Of a stretch of 64,000 bases of DNA, positions 50,068 to 60,893 are shown piece by piece. Positions within the stretch are counted from its first letter, which is position 1. Each line of letters begins with the position of its first letter. The stretch lies in sequence record SRR20825019_2588. The stretch is one strand, 5' to 3'. The translations under genes were made by a program, and so were the position numbers. Under the pieces are notes generated by a model that saw nothing but the letters and a program-made list of their open reading frames with translations, made no database searches and was not told the DNA's origin.

Positions 50068-50939
50068 CGCATCCAAAACCGCTAACGATATTCGGCGAAG
50101 TCCTGTTTGACTGTTTTCCCGATGGTGACAATAAGCTGGGCGGCGCGCCTTTTAATGTGGCCTGGCATCTGCAGGCAATGGGCGACAGCCCGGTTTTTAT
50201 CAGCCGTATTGGCAATGATGAACTGGGACAGCGAATTCAGCAGTCAGTGAAGGACTGGGGCCTGTCTACGGACACACTGCAGCTTGACAGAGTGCATCCG
50301 ACCGGACGGGTGAATGTCAGTTTTAACGATGGCGAGCCTGTCTATGATATTGCAGATGGCAGTGCCTGGGACTATATCGATTACCCTGCAGTCAATGATT
50401 TACCGGCAAAGGGGCTGTTTTATCATGGCTCTCTCGCTGCCCGCAGTGATACCAGTCATCAGACACTGCAGAAACTCACCGAAAATCCGGACTACGATAT
50501 TTTTGTCGATGTGAATCTACGCAGCCCCTGGTGGCAGAAAGATGATGTTTATCACTGGCTGGAGCAGGCACGCTGGGTCAAACTCAATCAGCATGAACTG
50601 GAGGAACTTGGCTTTCGCAGTGCCGATTTGCATCAGGATATGACCCGTATGCATACGCATTTTCATCTCGAGCAACTGATAGTGACCTGTGGTGAGAAAG
50701 GGGCCATCGTCAGGGATACAGAAGGTGAGTTTCATCTGGTCAAACCGACATTGAATGAGCAGGTGGTGGATTCCGTTGGCGCCGGTGATGCGTTTACGGC
50801 GATGTATATTCACGGTCTGCTGCATGACTGGGACATCAACACCATGCTGCATGAGGCCCAGGCATTTGCATCCAAAGTCGTAGGACTACGCGGCGCCATC
50901 TCTGATGATTTAGAATTTTACAGCTATATCAATAACTAA
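50064..50939 (+). CDS. Fructokinase (PfkB family)
   Basis: GEVLFD, GGAPFNVA, DVNLR, VKLN..E, DSVGAGDAF; in the sucrose operon. Confidence 0.88.
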   Translation: MTHPKPLTIFGEVLFDCFPDGDNKLGGAPFNVAWHLQAMGDSPVFISRIGNDELGQRIQQSVKDWGLSTDTLQLDRVHPTGRVNVSFNDGEPVYDIADGSAWDYIDYPAVNDLPAKGLFYHGSLAARSDTSHQTLQKLTENPDYDIFVDVNLRSPWWQKDDVYHWLEQARWVKLNQHELEELGFRSADLHQDMTRMHTHFHLEQLIVTCGEKGAIVRDTEGEFHLVKPTLNEQVVDSVGAGDAFTAMYIHGLLHDWDINTMLHEAQAFASKVVGLRGAISDDLEFYSYINN

Positions 50940-50963
50940 AAATAAAAAGTTAAACTTAATTAT

Positions 50964-52919
50964 ATGTATGAACAACAGGCCCATAAACTGCTAAATGATA
51001 TCCTCAATGAAATAGAAGCGGGAATATCCAGGCAGGATTTGCGTTACTTCTACACGCGGCTGGGAGCGAATTTTTATGCCATTCACTCCCTGTTTGAAAG
51101 ACTCTATGGCGATCGAGATGATTTCAAGGAACAGGCGCAAAGTCTGGTTGAAACGATGGCCTGGCAGTATATCCGTCGACCGGAAGATTTGCGCCAGCGT
51201 GATATTGAACGTGAAGCCGAGCATAACTGGTTCCTGAGCCAGAACTGGGTGGGCATGGCTTTATACAGCCATGGTTTTGCCAATGATCTGAAGGGGATGG
51301 AAAGTCACCTGAATTACTTTCAGGAGCTGGGCGTTAACATGGTTCATATCATGCCTATCATGCAATGCCCGCGGGGCAGCAGTGATGGCGGCTATGCGGT
51401 CAGTGATTTCCGACAGATCGATGATCGGGCCGGCACCATTGATGATCTGCTGCATTTGTCCCGTGCCATGCACCAGCGCGATATGCTGCTGACCATGGAT
51501 GTGGTGCTCAACCATACCTCGAATGAGCATGTCTGGGCGCAAAAAGCGCGGCAGGGTGACAAAGCCTATCAGGATTATTACTACACCTTCGAAAACCGCA
51601 ATGTCCCGGATATGTTCGAGCAGAGTATGCCCGAAGTGTTTCCGGAAACCTCACCGGGCAACTTCACCTGGGATGAAGACATGAACCGCTGGGTCATGAC
51701 GGTATTCAATAACTACCAGTGGGATTTGAATTATTCCAATCCCGCGGTCTTCATCGAAATGCTCGATGTGATTCTATTCTGGGCCAACCAGGGCGCCGAT
51801 ATTCTGCGACTTGATGCCGTGGCTTTTCTGTGGAAGAAAATCGGCAGTACCTGTCAGAATGAGCGTGAAGCGCATCTGATTCTGCAACTGCTTAAGGACT
51901 GCTGCCAGGTCACGGCACCAGGCGTGTTATATATCGCTGAGGCGATAGTAGCACCGGTGGAAGTGACCAAGTATTTCGGCGAAGATGCGGTTATCGCCAA
52001 GGAGTGTGAAATTGCCTATAACGCCACCTTTATGGCGTTGATGTGGGATGCGGTGGCGACCAAGAATGCCAAGCTGCTTAATCAGGGTATCAAGAGCCTG
52101 CCGGTCAAACTGGAGCGGGCTACCTGGCTTAACTATATCCGTTGCCACGATGATATCGGCCTGGGCTTTGATGATCGGGATATTGATTTGGCCGGTTATG
52201 AGCCGGCAGGCCATCGCAAGTTCCTGATCGATTATTTTATGGGGCGTTATGACAACTCCCACGCCCGCGGGCTGCCGTTTGGCCAGAATGAAAAGACCGG
52301 TGATGCCCGTATTTCCGGCTCCCTGGCTTCACTGGTGGGATTGGAATATGCGTTGGAAAACGGCGATCTTGATGGCGAAGACAATGCCATTAAAATCATT
52401 CTGCTGCTACACAGCCTGATTATGTCGTTCGGCGGCATTCCACTGCTGTATTACGGTGATGAACTGGGTACTATCAATGATGTGTCATTCCTGTCTGATC
52501 CCCATAAAAAGGGTGATTCACGCTGGGTGCACCGTCCGGTCATTGATTGGGAAAAAGCAGAGCTGCGTAATCAGCCGGGTCATTACCAGTACGAAATATT
52601 TACCGCACTGAAACGCATGATCGCCGTGCGTAAAGAAATTGATGCCTTCGCTGATTTCAATAACCGGGACCTGATTGAGGTGGGCAACGAACATTTGTTT
52701 GTATTTGAACGTTACAACATCACCCGTCAACACGACAAAGTGCTGGTTATTGCCAATTTCAACGATAAGCCGCAACACCTTAATCTGGATGATTTAACTG
52801 GCTGGGGTGATCCACAATATGGCCAGTTGTATGACGTATACAGCGGCCAGCAACCGGATGTTTTCAAAAATGCGCTGGTGATACCGGCATTTAGTTTTTA
52901 CTGGCTGCAGGAAAGCTGA
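50964..52919 (+). CDS. ams: Amylosucrase (GH13)
   Basis: DGGYAVSD, VLNHTS, RLDAVAF, AEAIV, RCHDDIG, RISGSLASL, SRWVHRP. Confidence 0.9.
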   Translation: MYEQQAHKLLNDILNEIEAGISRQDLRYFYTRLGANFYAIHSLFERLYGDRDDFKEQAQSLVETMAWQYIRRPEDLRQRDIEREAEHNWFLSQNWVGMALYSHGFANDLKGMESHLNYFQELGVNMVHIMPIMQCPRGSSDGGYAVSDFRQIDDRAGTIDDLLHLSRAMHQRDMLLTMDVVLNHTSNEHVWAQKARQGDKAYQDYYYTFENRNVPDMFEQSMPEVFPETSPGNFTWDEDMNRWVMTVFNNYQWDLNYSNPAVFIEMLDVILFWANQGADILRLDAVAFLWKKIGSTCQNEREAHLILQLLKDCCQVTAPGVLYIAEAIVAPVEVTKYFGEDAVIAKECEIAYNATFMALMWDAVATKNAKLLNQGIKSLPVKLERATWLNYIRCHDDIGLGFDDRDIDLAGYEPAGHRKFLIDYFMGRYDNSHARGLPFGQNEKTGDARISGSLASLVGLEYALENGDLDGEDNAIKIILLLHSLIMSFGGIPLLYYGDELGTINDVSFLSDPHKKGDSRWVHRPVIDWEKAELRNQPGHYQYEIFTALKRMIAVRKEIDAFADFNNRDLIEVGNEHLFVFERYNITRQHDKVLVIANFNDKPQHLNLDDLTGWGDPQYGQLYDVYSGQQPDVFKNALVIPAFSFYWLQES

Positions 52920-53321
52920 TCAGTCATCGTCAATTACACAGCGCTCACATTGACGCTGACCGGTCAGTAGAAGTGCAACAGACTGCCGGTGGCGGGCAAA
53001 AAAGCGATAAGCGAGATCAGCCAGCGGCCGTATCAGTGGCCAACGCAAAAGGCCAAGCCAGCGATGGCGATTCACCAGTCGCCATGCGCTGACTGTCACA
53101 TCCAGACCGGTCAGCCATTCGCCTTCAGCACTGAGTCCATGCAGGATTTTTTCGGCTTGCATCGGGTCAAGTTGAGGGTAACGCCGGGTAAAATCCGGGG
53201 CGTGAATATCTTCAAGCCGTATGCGTCCATGATGGTCGCTGCGTTTCAAAACGCGAATTTCTTTCACGCAAAGTGGACAGCGGCCATCATAGAATAAAGT
53301 TAACTGAATTTGTTCAGGCAT
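52920..53321 (-). CDS. DCC-family (DUF393) thiol-disulfide oxidoreductase
   Basis: FYDGRCPLC, G.D....AW, Y..FARHR. Confidence 0.88.
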   Translation of the reverse strand: MPEQIQLTLFYDGRCPLCVKEIRVLKRSDHHGRIRLEDIHAPDFTRRYPQLDPMQAEKILHGLSAEGEWLTGLDVTVSAWRLVNRHRWLGLLRWPLIRPLADLAYRFFARHRQSVALLLTGQRQCERCVIDDD

Positions 53322-53372
53322 GGTCTGGTTCCGTTTGACTATGCATCACTCTGACACGGTGGGCGTCAAAAA

Positions 53373-54698
53373 ATGATCAAAACAGGACTCGTCTGGTTTA
53401 ACAACGATTTACGGATACATGACAATCCGGTACTGCTGGAGGCCAGCCTAAACTGCGAGCGATTGATTTGTCTTTTCTGTATTGATAATCACTGGGACAA
53501 AGCGACCGGCCTCAATGCCAAACCACTGGGCGAAAACCGGCGTCATTTTCTTAACCAGTCGTTGCTCGATTTATCTGCTCAGTTAGCCAAACGGGGTCAG
53601 TCACTGATTATTCTCAGCGGCGATCCGGTCAGGATTATTGCGGATCTGATTAGTCGTTATGACATCGGTGTGGTTTACCGCAGTCACCATGTTGGCGTGT
53701 TTGAAAATCGTCAGTGGCAGCATCTCAAGGCGGATTATCCGAGACTGCGTTTTGAGTCTGTACCTTCACATACTTTATTTCGCCCGGAACAGTTACCGTT
53801 TCTGCTGGAGGCCCTGCCAAGTACATTCAGTCAGTTTCGCAGACAGGTCGAGGAGATTGATATTGATCCGCCGCTGGCGATGCCCAGAACTTTGCCACCT
53901 ACTGTGCAGGGTCTTACGGCAGAGTCTGAAACCGTGTTGGTTAAACCCAGAACAACCGCCGCGTTTGAGGGTGGAGAGAGTGCCGCACTGGCGCATCTGG
54001 AAGATTATTTTTCCGGCACTGATCCAGCCCATTACAAAGAAAGGCGGAATGAACTGGATGGCTGGCACAACTCGACTAAGTTTTCCGCCTGGCTGGCTAA
54101 CGGCAGTCTGTCAGTCAGACGCCTGCACCAGAGACTGAAACGCTATGAAAAACAGCAGACAGCCAATGAGTCTACTTACTGGATTTATTTCGAACTGCTG
54201 TGGCGTGAGTATTTTCAGTGGGTTGCTCTGAAACTACGACACAAGTTGTACAGTGCCGGCGGCGTAGCTAACAGGAAAATTCGTTGCTGTTTTTATCCTG
54301 AGCGTTATCAGAAATGGTGTCATGGCAATACACCTTATCCGCTGATTAATGCCTTGATGAAGCAACTGAATGAAACCGGTTATATGAGTAACCGTGGCCG
54401 CCAGATCGTGGCCAGCTGTTTTGTCAATGAACTGCAACTGGACTGGCGTTTTGGCGCGGCTTATTTCGAACAGCAACTGATTGATTATGACGTTGCGGCC
54501 AACTGGGGTAATTGGCAATATATTGCCGGCGTTGGCATGGACCCACGAGGTGGTCGCCACTTTAATATTGATAAGCAAACCAGACAGTACGATCCCGACG
54601 GTGAATTTATCCGCAAATGGCATGGTGAAGTTACCAGCGCGCAATTGGACTCGGTCGATGCTGCTGACTGGCCCATTATGCCGCCCAAACACCGGTAA
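53373..54698 (+). CDS. Cryptochrome DASH-family protein
   Basis: [68 protein letters not shown]. Confidence 0.9.
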   Translation: MIKTGLVWFNNDLRIHDNPVLLEASLNCERLICLFCIDNHWDKATGLNAKPLGENRRHFLNQSLLDLSAQLAKRGQSLIILSGDPVRIIADLISRYDIGVVYRSHHVGVFENRQWQHLKADYPRLRFESVPSHTLFRPEQLPFLLEALPSTFSQFRRQVEEIDIDPPLAMPRTLPPTVQGLTAESETVLVKPRTTAAFEGGESAALAHLEDYFSGTDPAHYKERRNELDGWHNSTKFSAWLANGSLSVRRLHQRLKRYEKQQTANESTYWIYFELLWREYFQWVALKLRHKLYSAGGVANRKIRCCFYPERYQKWCHGNTPYPLINALMKQLNETGYMSNRGRQIVASCFVNELQLDWRFGAAYFEQQLIDYDVAANWGNWQYIAGVGMDPRGGRHFNIDKQTRQYDPDGEFIRKWHGEVTSAQLDSVDAADWPIMPPKHR

Positions 54699-56164
54699 TG
54701 CCCCGACCTGAGATCAATATTGTCTGGTTTAAGCGTGATTTGCGCCTAAGCGATCATGCACCGCTTAAAGCCGCCTGTGATGCCGAACTGCCGGTTTTAT
54801 TGCTGTATGTCGTTGAGCCGATGCTGTTAAAAGACCCGCATTACAGCCTCAGGCACTGGCGTTTTATCTGGCAGTCGCTGACAGAAATGCAGCAGCAGCT
54901 TCAAAACCAAGATCTGCAACTGATGATTGTGCAGGCTGAGATGCCACAATGGTTAGAAAGGCTCAGTGAGCATTTTTTTATCCGTAATCTATTCAGCCAT
55001 CAGGAAATTGGTCTTGCCAAGACTTTCGAGCGCGACCGGACAGTGGCTAACTGGTGCCAACAGAACCAGGTCACGTGGTGTGAATTTGCCTATGCTGCCG
55101 TGGAACGTGCCAAACCCAACCGGGATGACTGGGATAAACACTGGCAAAAGATAATGCGCAGCGAAATCCAGCAACCGGCGTTGGAAAGACTGCAAACAAT
55201 TTCCTTACCGGGCGAACAGGCTTTTATTCCGCCAGAATCCTGGCTGCACAATGATTCAAATTTTCAGTTGGGCGGAAGTCGGGCAGCCTGGCAGACACTG
55301 GAAAGCTTTTATCAGGGGCGTGGTCGGGATTACTACCGACGCTTATCAAGTCCGTCCGAGAGCCGCGAGGCCTGCAGCCGGATGTCTGCCTATCTGGCCT
55401 GGGGCAATATCAGCCTCAGAGAAATGTATCAGCATCTGCTCAGTCATTGGCAGGATCGGGGCTGGCGCCGCAGTCTGGTAGCTTTGTCCTCACGCTTGCA
55501 CTGGCACTGTCATTTTATTCAGAAGTTTGAAAGTGAATGCGAGATCGAATTCAGGCCGGTCAATCGCGGCTATCAATCGTTTCCCTATCGCGATGATGAA
55601 ACAGTTGAACGAGATCTGGCAGCCTGGCAGCAGGGTAAAACCGGTTTTCCCTTAGTTGATGCCTGCATGCGCTGCCTGCAGCAGACCGGCTACATCAACT
55701 TTCGCATGCGGGCGATGCTGATCAGTTTTCTCAGTCATCACCTGTTAATTGAATGGCGTCGTGGGGTCACTCACCTGGCGCAGCTGTTTCTCGATTTTGA
55801 GCCGGGCATTCATTACCCGCAGTTTCAGATGCAGGCCGGCGTTACCGGAACTAATACAATTCGGATTTATAATCCGGTTAAACAGAGCCAGGAACAGGAT
55901 CCAAACGGCTTTTTTATCCGTGAGTGGTGTCCGGAATTAGCCGGCTTGCCGGATGACCTGTTGCATCAACCATGGCGAATAACACCAATGGAAGAGCAGA
56001 TGTATCAATTCATATTGGGTAAAGACTATCCCGAACCGGTTCTGGATTATCAGGTGCATGCCAGACGGGCCCGTGATTTGCTCTGGTCCTGGCGTAAACA
56101 GTCCGATGTCCAGCAGGAAAACCGGCGTATCCTGAAGCGGCATGTGCGACCACCATCAAGCTGA
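54698..56164 (+). CDS. Cryptochrome/DNA photolyase family protein
   Basis: [62 protein letters not shown] coupling. Confidence 0.9.
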   Translation: MPRPEINIVWFKRDLRLSDHAPLKAACDAELPVLLLYVVEPMLLKDPHYSLRHWRFIWQSLTEMQQQLQNQDLQLMIVQAEMPQWLERLSEHFFIRNLFSHQEIGLAKTFERDRTVANWCQQNQVTWCEFAYAAVERAKPNRDDWDKHWQKIMRSEIQQPALERLQTISLPGEQAFIPPESWLHNDSNFQLGGSRAAWQTLESFYQGRGRDYYRRLSSPSESREACSRMSAYLAWGNISLREMYQHLLSHWQDRGWRRSLVALSSRLHWHCHFIQKFESECEIEFRPVNRGYQSFPYRDDETVERDLAAWQQGKTGFPLVDACMRCLQQTGYINFRMRAMLISFLSHHLLIEWRRGVTHLAQLFLDFEPGIHYPQFQMQAGVTGTNTIRIYNPVKQSQEQDPNGFFIREWCPELAGLPDDLLHQPWRITPMEEQMYQFILGKDYPEPVLDYQVHARRARDLLWSWRKQSDVQQENRRILKRHVRPPSS

Positions 56165-56235
56165 CACTGCTGATTTGAGTCTTGCCAGCCGCAGGTGCAT
56201 ACTGAATCTATCGCTTTCACAAAAGGGAGGTCTTT

Positions 56236-57012
56236 GTGATGATTAAGGCGATTTTATTTGATATCAGCGGCGTGCTGCACGTGGATAAACGTCCCATTCC
56301 CGGTGCCGTCGAGACAGTAGCCAGATTGCAGCAAAACGGCGTTCCGATGCGCTTTGTCACTAACACCTCACGTTCCACCAGTCAGGATATTCTCAACAGT
56401 CTCAGGCAGATGGGCTTCGAACTGAGACAGGAGGATATCTTTACTGCGCCGGTTGCAGTCAAGACGGTTTGTCAGCAACGTGGTCTGCGTCCCTATTTTC
56501 TGATTCATCCCGATCTGGAAGCAGAATTCAGCGAGATCAATCAGCAGGATCCGAATGCCGTGGTATTGGCCGATGCCGCTGATCGTTTTGATTATGCCCA
56601 TCTGAATAAAGCCTTCGCGCTGCTGATTAACGGGGCACCGTTATTGGGGATCGGTCGTAACCGTTATTTTAAAAGCGGTGGACAGCTGCAATTGGATGCC
56701 GGCCCATTTATCGAAGCACTGGAATACGCTGCCGATATTAAAGCCGAAATCCTGGGTAAGCCGGCTGCCGGTTTTTTCCATGCGGCCGTCTCATCTCTGG
56801 GCTGCAATCCTGACGAAGTGTTGATGATAGGCGACGATGTCGAAGCCGATGTGATTGGTGCGATGGAGGCTGGGCTTCAGGGCTGCCTGGTGCGGACCGG
56901 AAAATACCTGCCTGGCGATGAAAACAAGGCCGGTCTGGCTGCCGTGGCGGACTCGGTCGTCGAGGCTGTGACCGAAGTTTTCCTGCACAAGCGCGAGGCG
57001 GCGGAAACCTGA
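56236..57012 (+). CDS. HAD-IIA hydrolase (LHPP/TIGR01458-like)
   Basis: FDISGVL, FVTNTS, LGKP..FF, MIGDD..ADV.GA, LVRTGKY. Confidence 0.88.
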   Translation: MMIKAILFDISGVLHVDKRPIPGAVETVARLQQNGVPMRFVTNTSRSTSQDILNSLRQMGFELRQEDIFTAPVAVKTVCQQRGLRPYFLIHPDLEAEFSEINQQDPNAVVLADAADRFDYAHLNKAFALLINGAPLLGIGRNRYFKSGGQLQLDAGPFIEALEYAADIKAEILGKPAAGFFHAAVSSLGCNPDEVLMIGDDVEADVIGAMEAGLQGCLVRTGKYLPGDENKAGLAAVADSVVEAVTEVFLHKREAAET

Positions 57013-57110
57013 CTCAGATCTCCGGGTCCTTTTGGCAATGTCATTCAGTGGATTCGAACATTGTTCAGATCCGTGCATGTCCGTAGTTATTTATTCGCTA
57101 ATCTGCGCAG

Positions 57111-57662
57111 CTAAAAACTCTCGGTGTGATAGCGGTAGCAGCGGATAGAGTCTGACCAGTAATCGGCAGGCAAGCCGGCTTTACGCTTCAGTGCGGCAAC
57201 AAACTGTTCCGGACTATGCAGTGAATCCCATACAGCCGGCAGGAAAGTAGCACGATGCTGGTCATCTTCCAGTATCAGGCCATCCTCGCCAGCCTTGAGC
57301 TGGTTCAACAGGGACTGCTCAGAGTGGCATGAAATCGGCTCAGCTTTACTGAGCACAGAAATATGCACATCCAGTTCATCGAGCATGTTGTCGCTAATCG
57401 GCTCAAAACGCTTATCCTGAAACGCTGCTGAGTATGCATTGGCGGCGACATCAACAGCCAGAGGGCGATAAGCTTCCAGTGTACCGATACAACCGTGCAG
57501 GGCACCGGCATAATACAAAGTCACAAAGCTGGCCCTATCAGCCCTGACTTTCGGCGGTAGACTATTTAGATCCAATGGCATCACAGACTGATGTTTGAGG
57601 CCATATTTAATGGCATCACGGGCGATTTTACGCAGCAGAAAGCGATCAGGCCTGGCAATCAT
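57111..57662 (-). CDS. amrA: AmmeMemoRadiSam system protein A (AMMECR1 family)
   Basis: ASFVTL..GCIGT, AAF.D.RF, ISVLS, ATFLP.VW, L..KAGL. Confidence 0.9.
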   Translation of the reverse strand: MIARPDRFLLRKIARDAIKYGLKHQSVMPLDLNSLPPKVRADRASFVTLYYAGALHGCIGTLEAYRPLAVDVAANAYSAAFQDKRFEPISDNMLDELDVHISVLSKAEPISCHSEQSLLNQLKAGEDGLILEDDQHRATFLPAVWDSLHSPEQFVAALKRKAGLPADYWSDSIRCYRYHTESF

Positions 57663-57664
57663 GG

Positions 57665-58453
57665 CTACTGAAACAGGTAGGCGCCATAACCCACGACACT
57701 GTCACGCTTGCCAGCGGTATCACCGGAATTTCTTAGATCCAGTATCTGACCCTGCATATGGTGTTCACGGGCGTAGTGCAACAGGCCGTTAATGCCGACA
57801 CTGCCACAGGCGTGATAACCATCAATGATACGGTTATCCATGCTGATGATAGCTTGGGAAGTTTCTGCATCAACCTCACGGGCACTGTCGTAATCGAGGT
57901 AATGACTTAAGTCCGAGCTGATAACTATCAGGGTCTCCGGACCGCCCCAGAGCGTATCGAGCACCTCAGCAACCAGCTTGGGACTGGCGTGCCCGGCCAC
58001 AATAGGCACAATTTTGAAGTCTTCAAGCAAGTACTGCAGGAAGGGCAGTTGCACTTCCAGGCTGTGCTCTTTGGCATGGGCTTGTTCCAGTACATGCACA
58101 CCCTCGATTTTCATGATCTGGCTTTCGGCATGGCGGTCAACCGGTATCAGCCCAATTGGTGTCTCGAACCAGTCAACCGAGGAAACGGCCAGCCCCTCAA
58201 AAGGAACCCGGTGCGATGGACCAATAAGCACTACCCGTTTGATGATGTCTTTGCGAGCTTCCAGATGCTTATAGGCGCTGGCAGCGACCAGACCGGAATA
58301 AACATAACCGGCATGTGGGACGATCAAGGCCTTAGGGGTACTATCTGCCCGTACCGTACTGGCTTGCAGATTTCGGGCAATCATATTGCTAAGTTTCTCG
58401 GCGTCGGCCGGATAAAATAGACCGGCGACGGCACTGGGGCGAACGATTTCCAT
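57665..58453 (-). CDS. amrB: AmmeMemoRadiSam system protein B (MEMO1 family)
   Basis: VAG.FYP, PHAGYVYSG, GPSH, EHSLEVQLPFL, SSDLSHY, NSGDT..VVGY. Confidence 0.92.
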   Translation of the reverse strand: MEIVRPSAVAGLFYPADAEKLSNMIARNLQASTVRADSTPKALIVPHAGYVYSGLVAASAYKHLEARKDIIKRVVLIGPSHRVPFEGLAVSSVDWFETPIGLIPVDRHAESQIMKIEGVHVLEQAHAKEHSLEVQLPFLQYLLEDFKIVPIVAGHASPKLVAEVLDTLWGGPETLIVISSDLSHYLDYDSAREVDAETSQAIISMDNRIIDGYHACGSVGINGLLHYAREHHMQGQILDLRNSGDTAGKRDSVVGYGAYLFQ

Positions 58454-58540
58454 GGCAACCCTCCGCTTATCGGCGTAGTATGAATAAGTATCATCTTATC
58501 AATGATTTATTGCAATATCTCCTAACAGGGGAGGTGTCAT

Positions 58541-59641
58541 ATGAATCAGAAAAACAGCCAAAGCGACGCGTTTTCCGAGGCGGTGCCGACCAAGTATTGG
58601 CACCCTCTGGAAGATGGCCGGGTGCAATGCGATTTATGTCCGCGATTTTGCAAACTGCACGAAGGTCAGCGAGGGCTTTGTTTTGTGCGCGCCAATTATC
58701 AGGGAGCGGTAGTACTGACAACCTGGGGTCGCTCCAGCGGTTTTGTCATCGATCCCATTGAAAAAAAGCCACTTAATCACTTTCTCCCCGGAACACCGGT
58801 GCTGTCATTCGGTACGGCCGGCTGCAATCTCGCCTGCAAATTCTGTCAGAACTGGGATATCAGTAAGTCCAGAGAAATGGATACGCTGATGGACATGGCC
58901 ACCCCCGAAAAGCTGGCAGAAAAAGCGAAACAACTGGGCTGCCGAAGTATTGCCTTTACCTACAATGACCCGGTGATTTTCCATGAATATGCCATTGATG
59001 TGGCACAAGCCTGCCATGAGCAGGATATTAAAGCGGTGGCCGTGACCGCAGGCTACGTGAGTCCGGAACCACGCAGTGAGTTTTATCGCTATATGGACGC
59101 GGCCAATGTGGATTTAAAAGCCTTCAGCGAACGTTTCTACAAAAAAATCACCGGATCACAGCTGCAGCCGGTACTGGAAACCCTCCAATACCTGAAACAT
59201 GAAACCGATGTCTGGTTTGAACTCACCACATTGTTGATTCCCGGTGAGAATGATTCTGAGCAGGAGGTGACTGAGATGTGCCAGTGGGTGATTGAGCACT
59301 TGGGCCCGGATGTCCCCATGCATTTCAGTGTTTTTCACCCCGACTGGAAAATGATGGATAAATCCTCGACGCCCCCGCAAACTGTGCGCAGAGCCCGAGA
59401 TATCGCTATCGAACAGGGTGTACGCTATGCCTATGTGGGAAATATGCATGATATTGAAGCTGACAGTACCTGGTGTCATCACTGTGGCAGTCTGTTGATC
59501 GGTCGGGATTGGTACCAGTTGTCAGCCTGGCAACTGGATGAGAAAGCTTGTTGTCTTAATTGTGGTACGCCCTGTGCCGGTGTGTTTGAAGCCATGCCCG
59601 GATTTTGGGGAGCCAAACGTGTTCTTATAGATATGGCCTGA
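58541..59641 (+). CDS. amrS: AmmeMemoRadiSam system radical SAM enzyme
   Basis: CDLCPRFC, DPIEKKPL.HF.PG, GCNLACKFCQN, YVGN, C-terminal CHHC/CLNC. Confidence 0.93.
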   Translation: MNQKNSQSDAFSEAVPTKYWHPLEDGRVQCDLCPRFCKLHEGQRGLCFVRANYQGAVVLTTWGRSSGFVIDPIEKKPLNHFLPGTPVLSFGTAGCNLACKFCQNWDISKSREMDTLMDMATPEKLAEKAKQLGCRSIAFTYNDPVIFHEYAIDVAQACHEQDIKAVAVTAGYVSPEPRSEFYRYMDAANVDLKAFSERFYKKITGSQLQPVLETLQYLKHETDVWFELTTLLIPGENDSEQEVTEMCQWVIEHLGPDVPMHFSVFHPDWKMMDKSSTPPQTVRRARDIAIEQGVRYAYVGNMHDIEADSTWCHHCGSLLIGRDWYQLSAWQLDEKACCLNCGTPCAGVFEAMPGFWGAKRVLIDMA

Positions 59642-59660
59642 GCTTGAGAGGAGAGTAACG

Positions 59661-60455
59661 ATGTTGATGCTAGCTTGGTCACTCATTACTGTATTGGTTT
59701 TGCTGTGGGTGTCGATTCGTATTTATAGAAAAAGCAAATCGCCGAAACTCAAAGTCAGTCCCAGAAAAATGCTGATGGATAAGCTGGTGTGGGATTTTAA
59801 ATCGCAGTTAGAGCGTGCGGTTGGTGAAGATTATGATGTTTATCCGCATATACGGCTGGCGGATCTGCTGGTGATAGACCCGGACAAGGATAAAAAAGCC
59901 CGGCAAATCCAGTCACGGATTGAAGCGACGTCAACCGATCTGGTTCTGACTGAAAAAGCGACCGGAAAAATCGCCTGTGTGCTGATTCTGATTCATCAGG
60001 AAAAACTGGGTAGCAGACAACAGTTCATTCGTCAGATATGTAAGCAGGGCAAGTTGCCATTTCAGATATTTGATGTCAATAATGCCTTCAGCGACAAACA
60101 AATTCGCCAGGAAATCACCTTGTTGCTGGAACCGACGATAAGACTGGATGAAAGCCCCAGCCATGATATCAAGGTCTATCTTGACCCGGTACAGGCGCAG
60201 CAGACAAGGAATAAAGTCGAATCGCAGTTGCCGGAGATGCAGGATAAAAAACAAAAGTCCGATACACACCCGGGAGAACAACAGAAAACGCACATTGCCG
60301 AGCCAGAGCAAAAAGCGCAATATCATAAAGCGAAAAAAGCCGAGCCCGATCTGGTCGGGGGAAGTTATAAAAAGCATGAGGCAGAGCCGAAGCTGCGTGA
60401 GCAATCTCATAAAAAGCAAGAAGCCGAGCCGGAGTTTGATTTATCTGTCGACTGA
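59661..60455 (+). CDS. DUF2726-like membrane-anchored protein with repetitive charged tail
   Basis: N-terminal TM; L..AVG..Y.V...IRLADLL, D.VL; C-terminal 14-aa repeats. Confidence 0.7.
   Translation: MLMLAWSLITVLVLLWVSIRIYRKSKSPKLKVSPRKMLMDKLVWDFKSQLERAVGEDYDVYPHIRLADLLVIDPDKDKKARQIQSRIEATSTDLVLTEKATGKIACVLILIHQEKLGSRQQFIRQICKQGKLPFQIFDVNNAFSDKQIRQEITLLLEPTIRLDESPSHDIKVYLDPVQAQQTRNKVESQLPEMQDKKQKSDTHPGEQQKTHIAEPEQKAQYHKAKKAEPDLVGGSYKKHEAEPKLREQSHKKQEAEPEFDLSVD
60279..60446 (+). repeat. Four degenerate in-frame 42-bp tandem repeats
   Basis: QQKTHIAEPEQKAQ / YHKAKKAEPDLVGG / SYKKHEAEPKLREQ / SHKKQEAEPEFDLS; GCnGAGCCn recurs every 42 nt. Confidence 0.7.
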
Positions 60456-60473
60456 CAAGGACCTATTGAGATC

Positions 60474-60893
60474 ATGACGAATCCACAATCCAGGGTAAAA
60501 CTTCTTAAACCAAGCCAGGTCAATGCCTGTAAACAACTGGCAGAGTCTCAACTTAACGACAACAAGCGCGCTGCTGCGCTGCTCGCCATTCACCAGGGCC
60601 AAACCCATGCACAGGCCGCCGAATCCAGTAGTCTTAGCATTGGTCAGGTCAAATATATTGTTACCCGATTTCGTAAACTGGGAATGAAGGCCCTGCATGT
60701 CTTGCAGGAAAGCCCTGACAATGCTGTCGAAACAGCGGTTGAAGCACCAGTGACCAAAGCCCGAAAGAAAAAAGACAAAGCAGATAAAAAAGCCAAGAAA
60801 GCAAAGAAAATCAAAAATAAAGAGAAAAAAACTAAGAAAAAAGATAAAAGCGATAAAAAAAAGAATAAGAAAAAGCTTAAGAACAAAAAATAA
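60474..60893 (+). CDS. HTH-domain protein with lysine-rich tail
   Basis: RAAALLAIHQGQTHAQAA..SSLSIGQVKYIVTRFRKLG..AL HTH pattern; the last ~44 aa are mostly Lys. Confidence 0.75.
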   Translation: MTNPQSRVKLLKPSQVNACKQLAESQLNDNKRAAALLAIHQGQTHAQAAESSSLSIGQVKYIVTRFRKLGMKALHVLQESPDNAVETAVEAPVTKARKKKDKADKKAKKAKKIKNKEKKTKKKDKSDKKKNKKKLKNKK

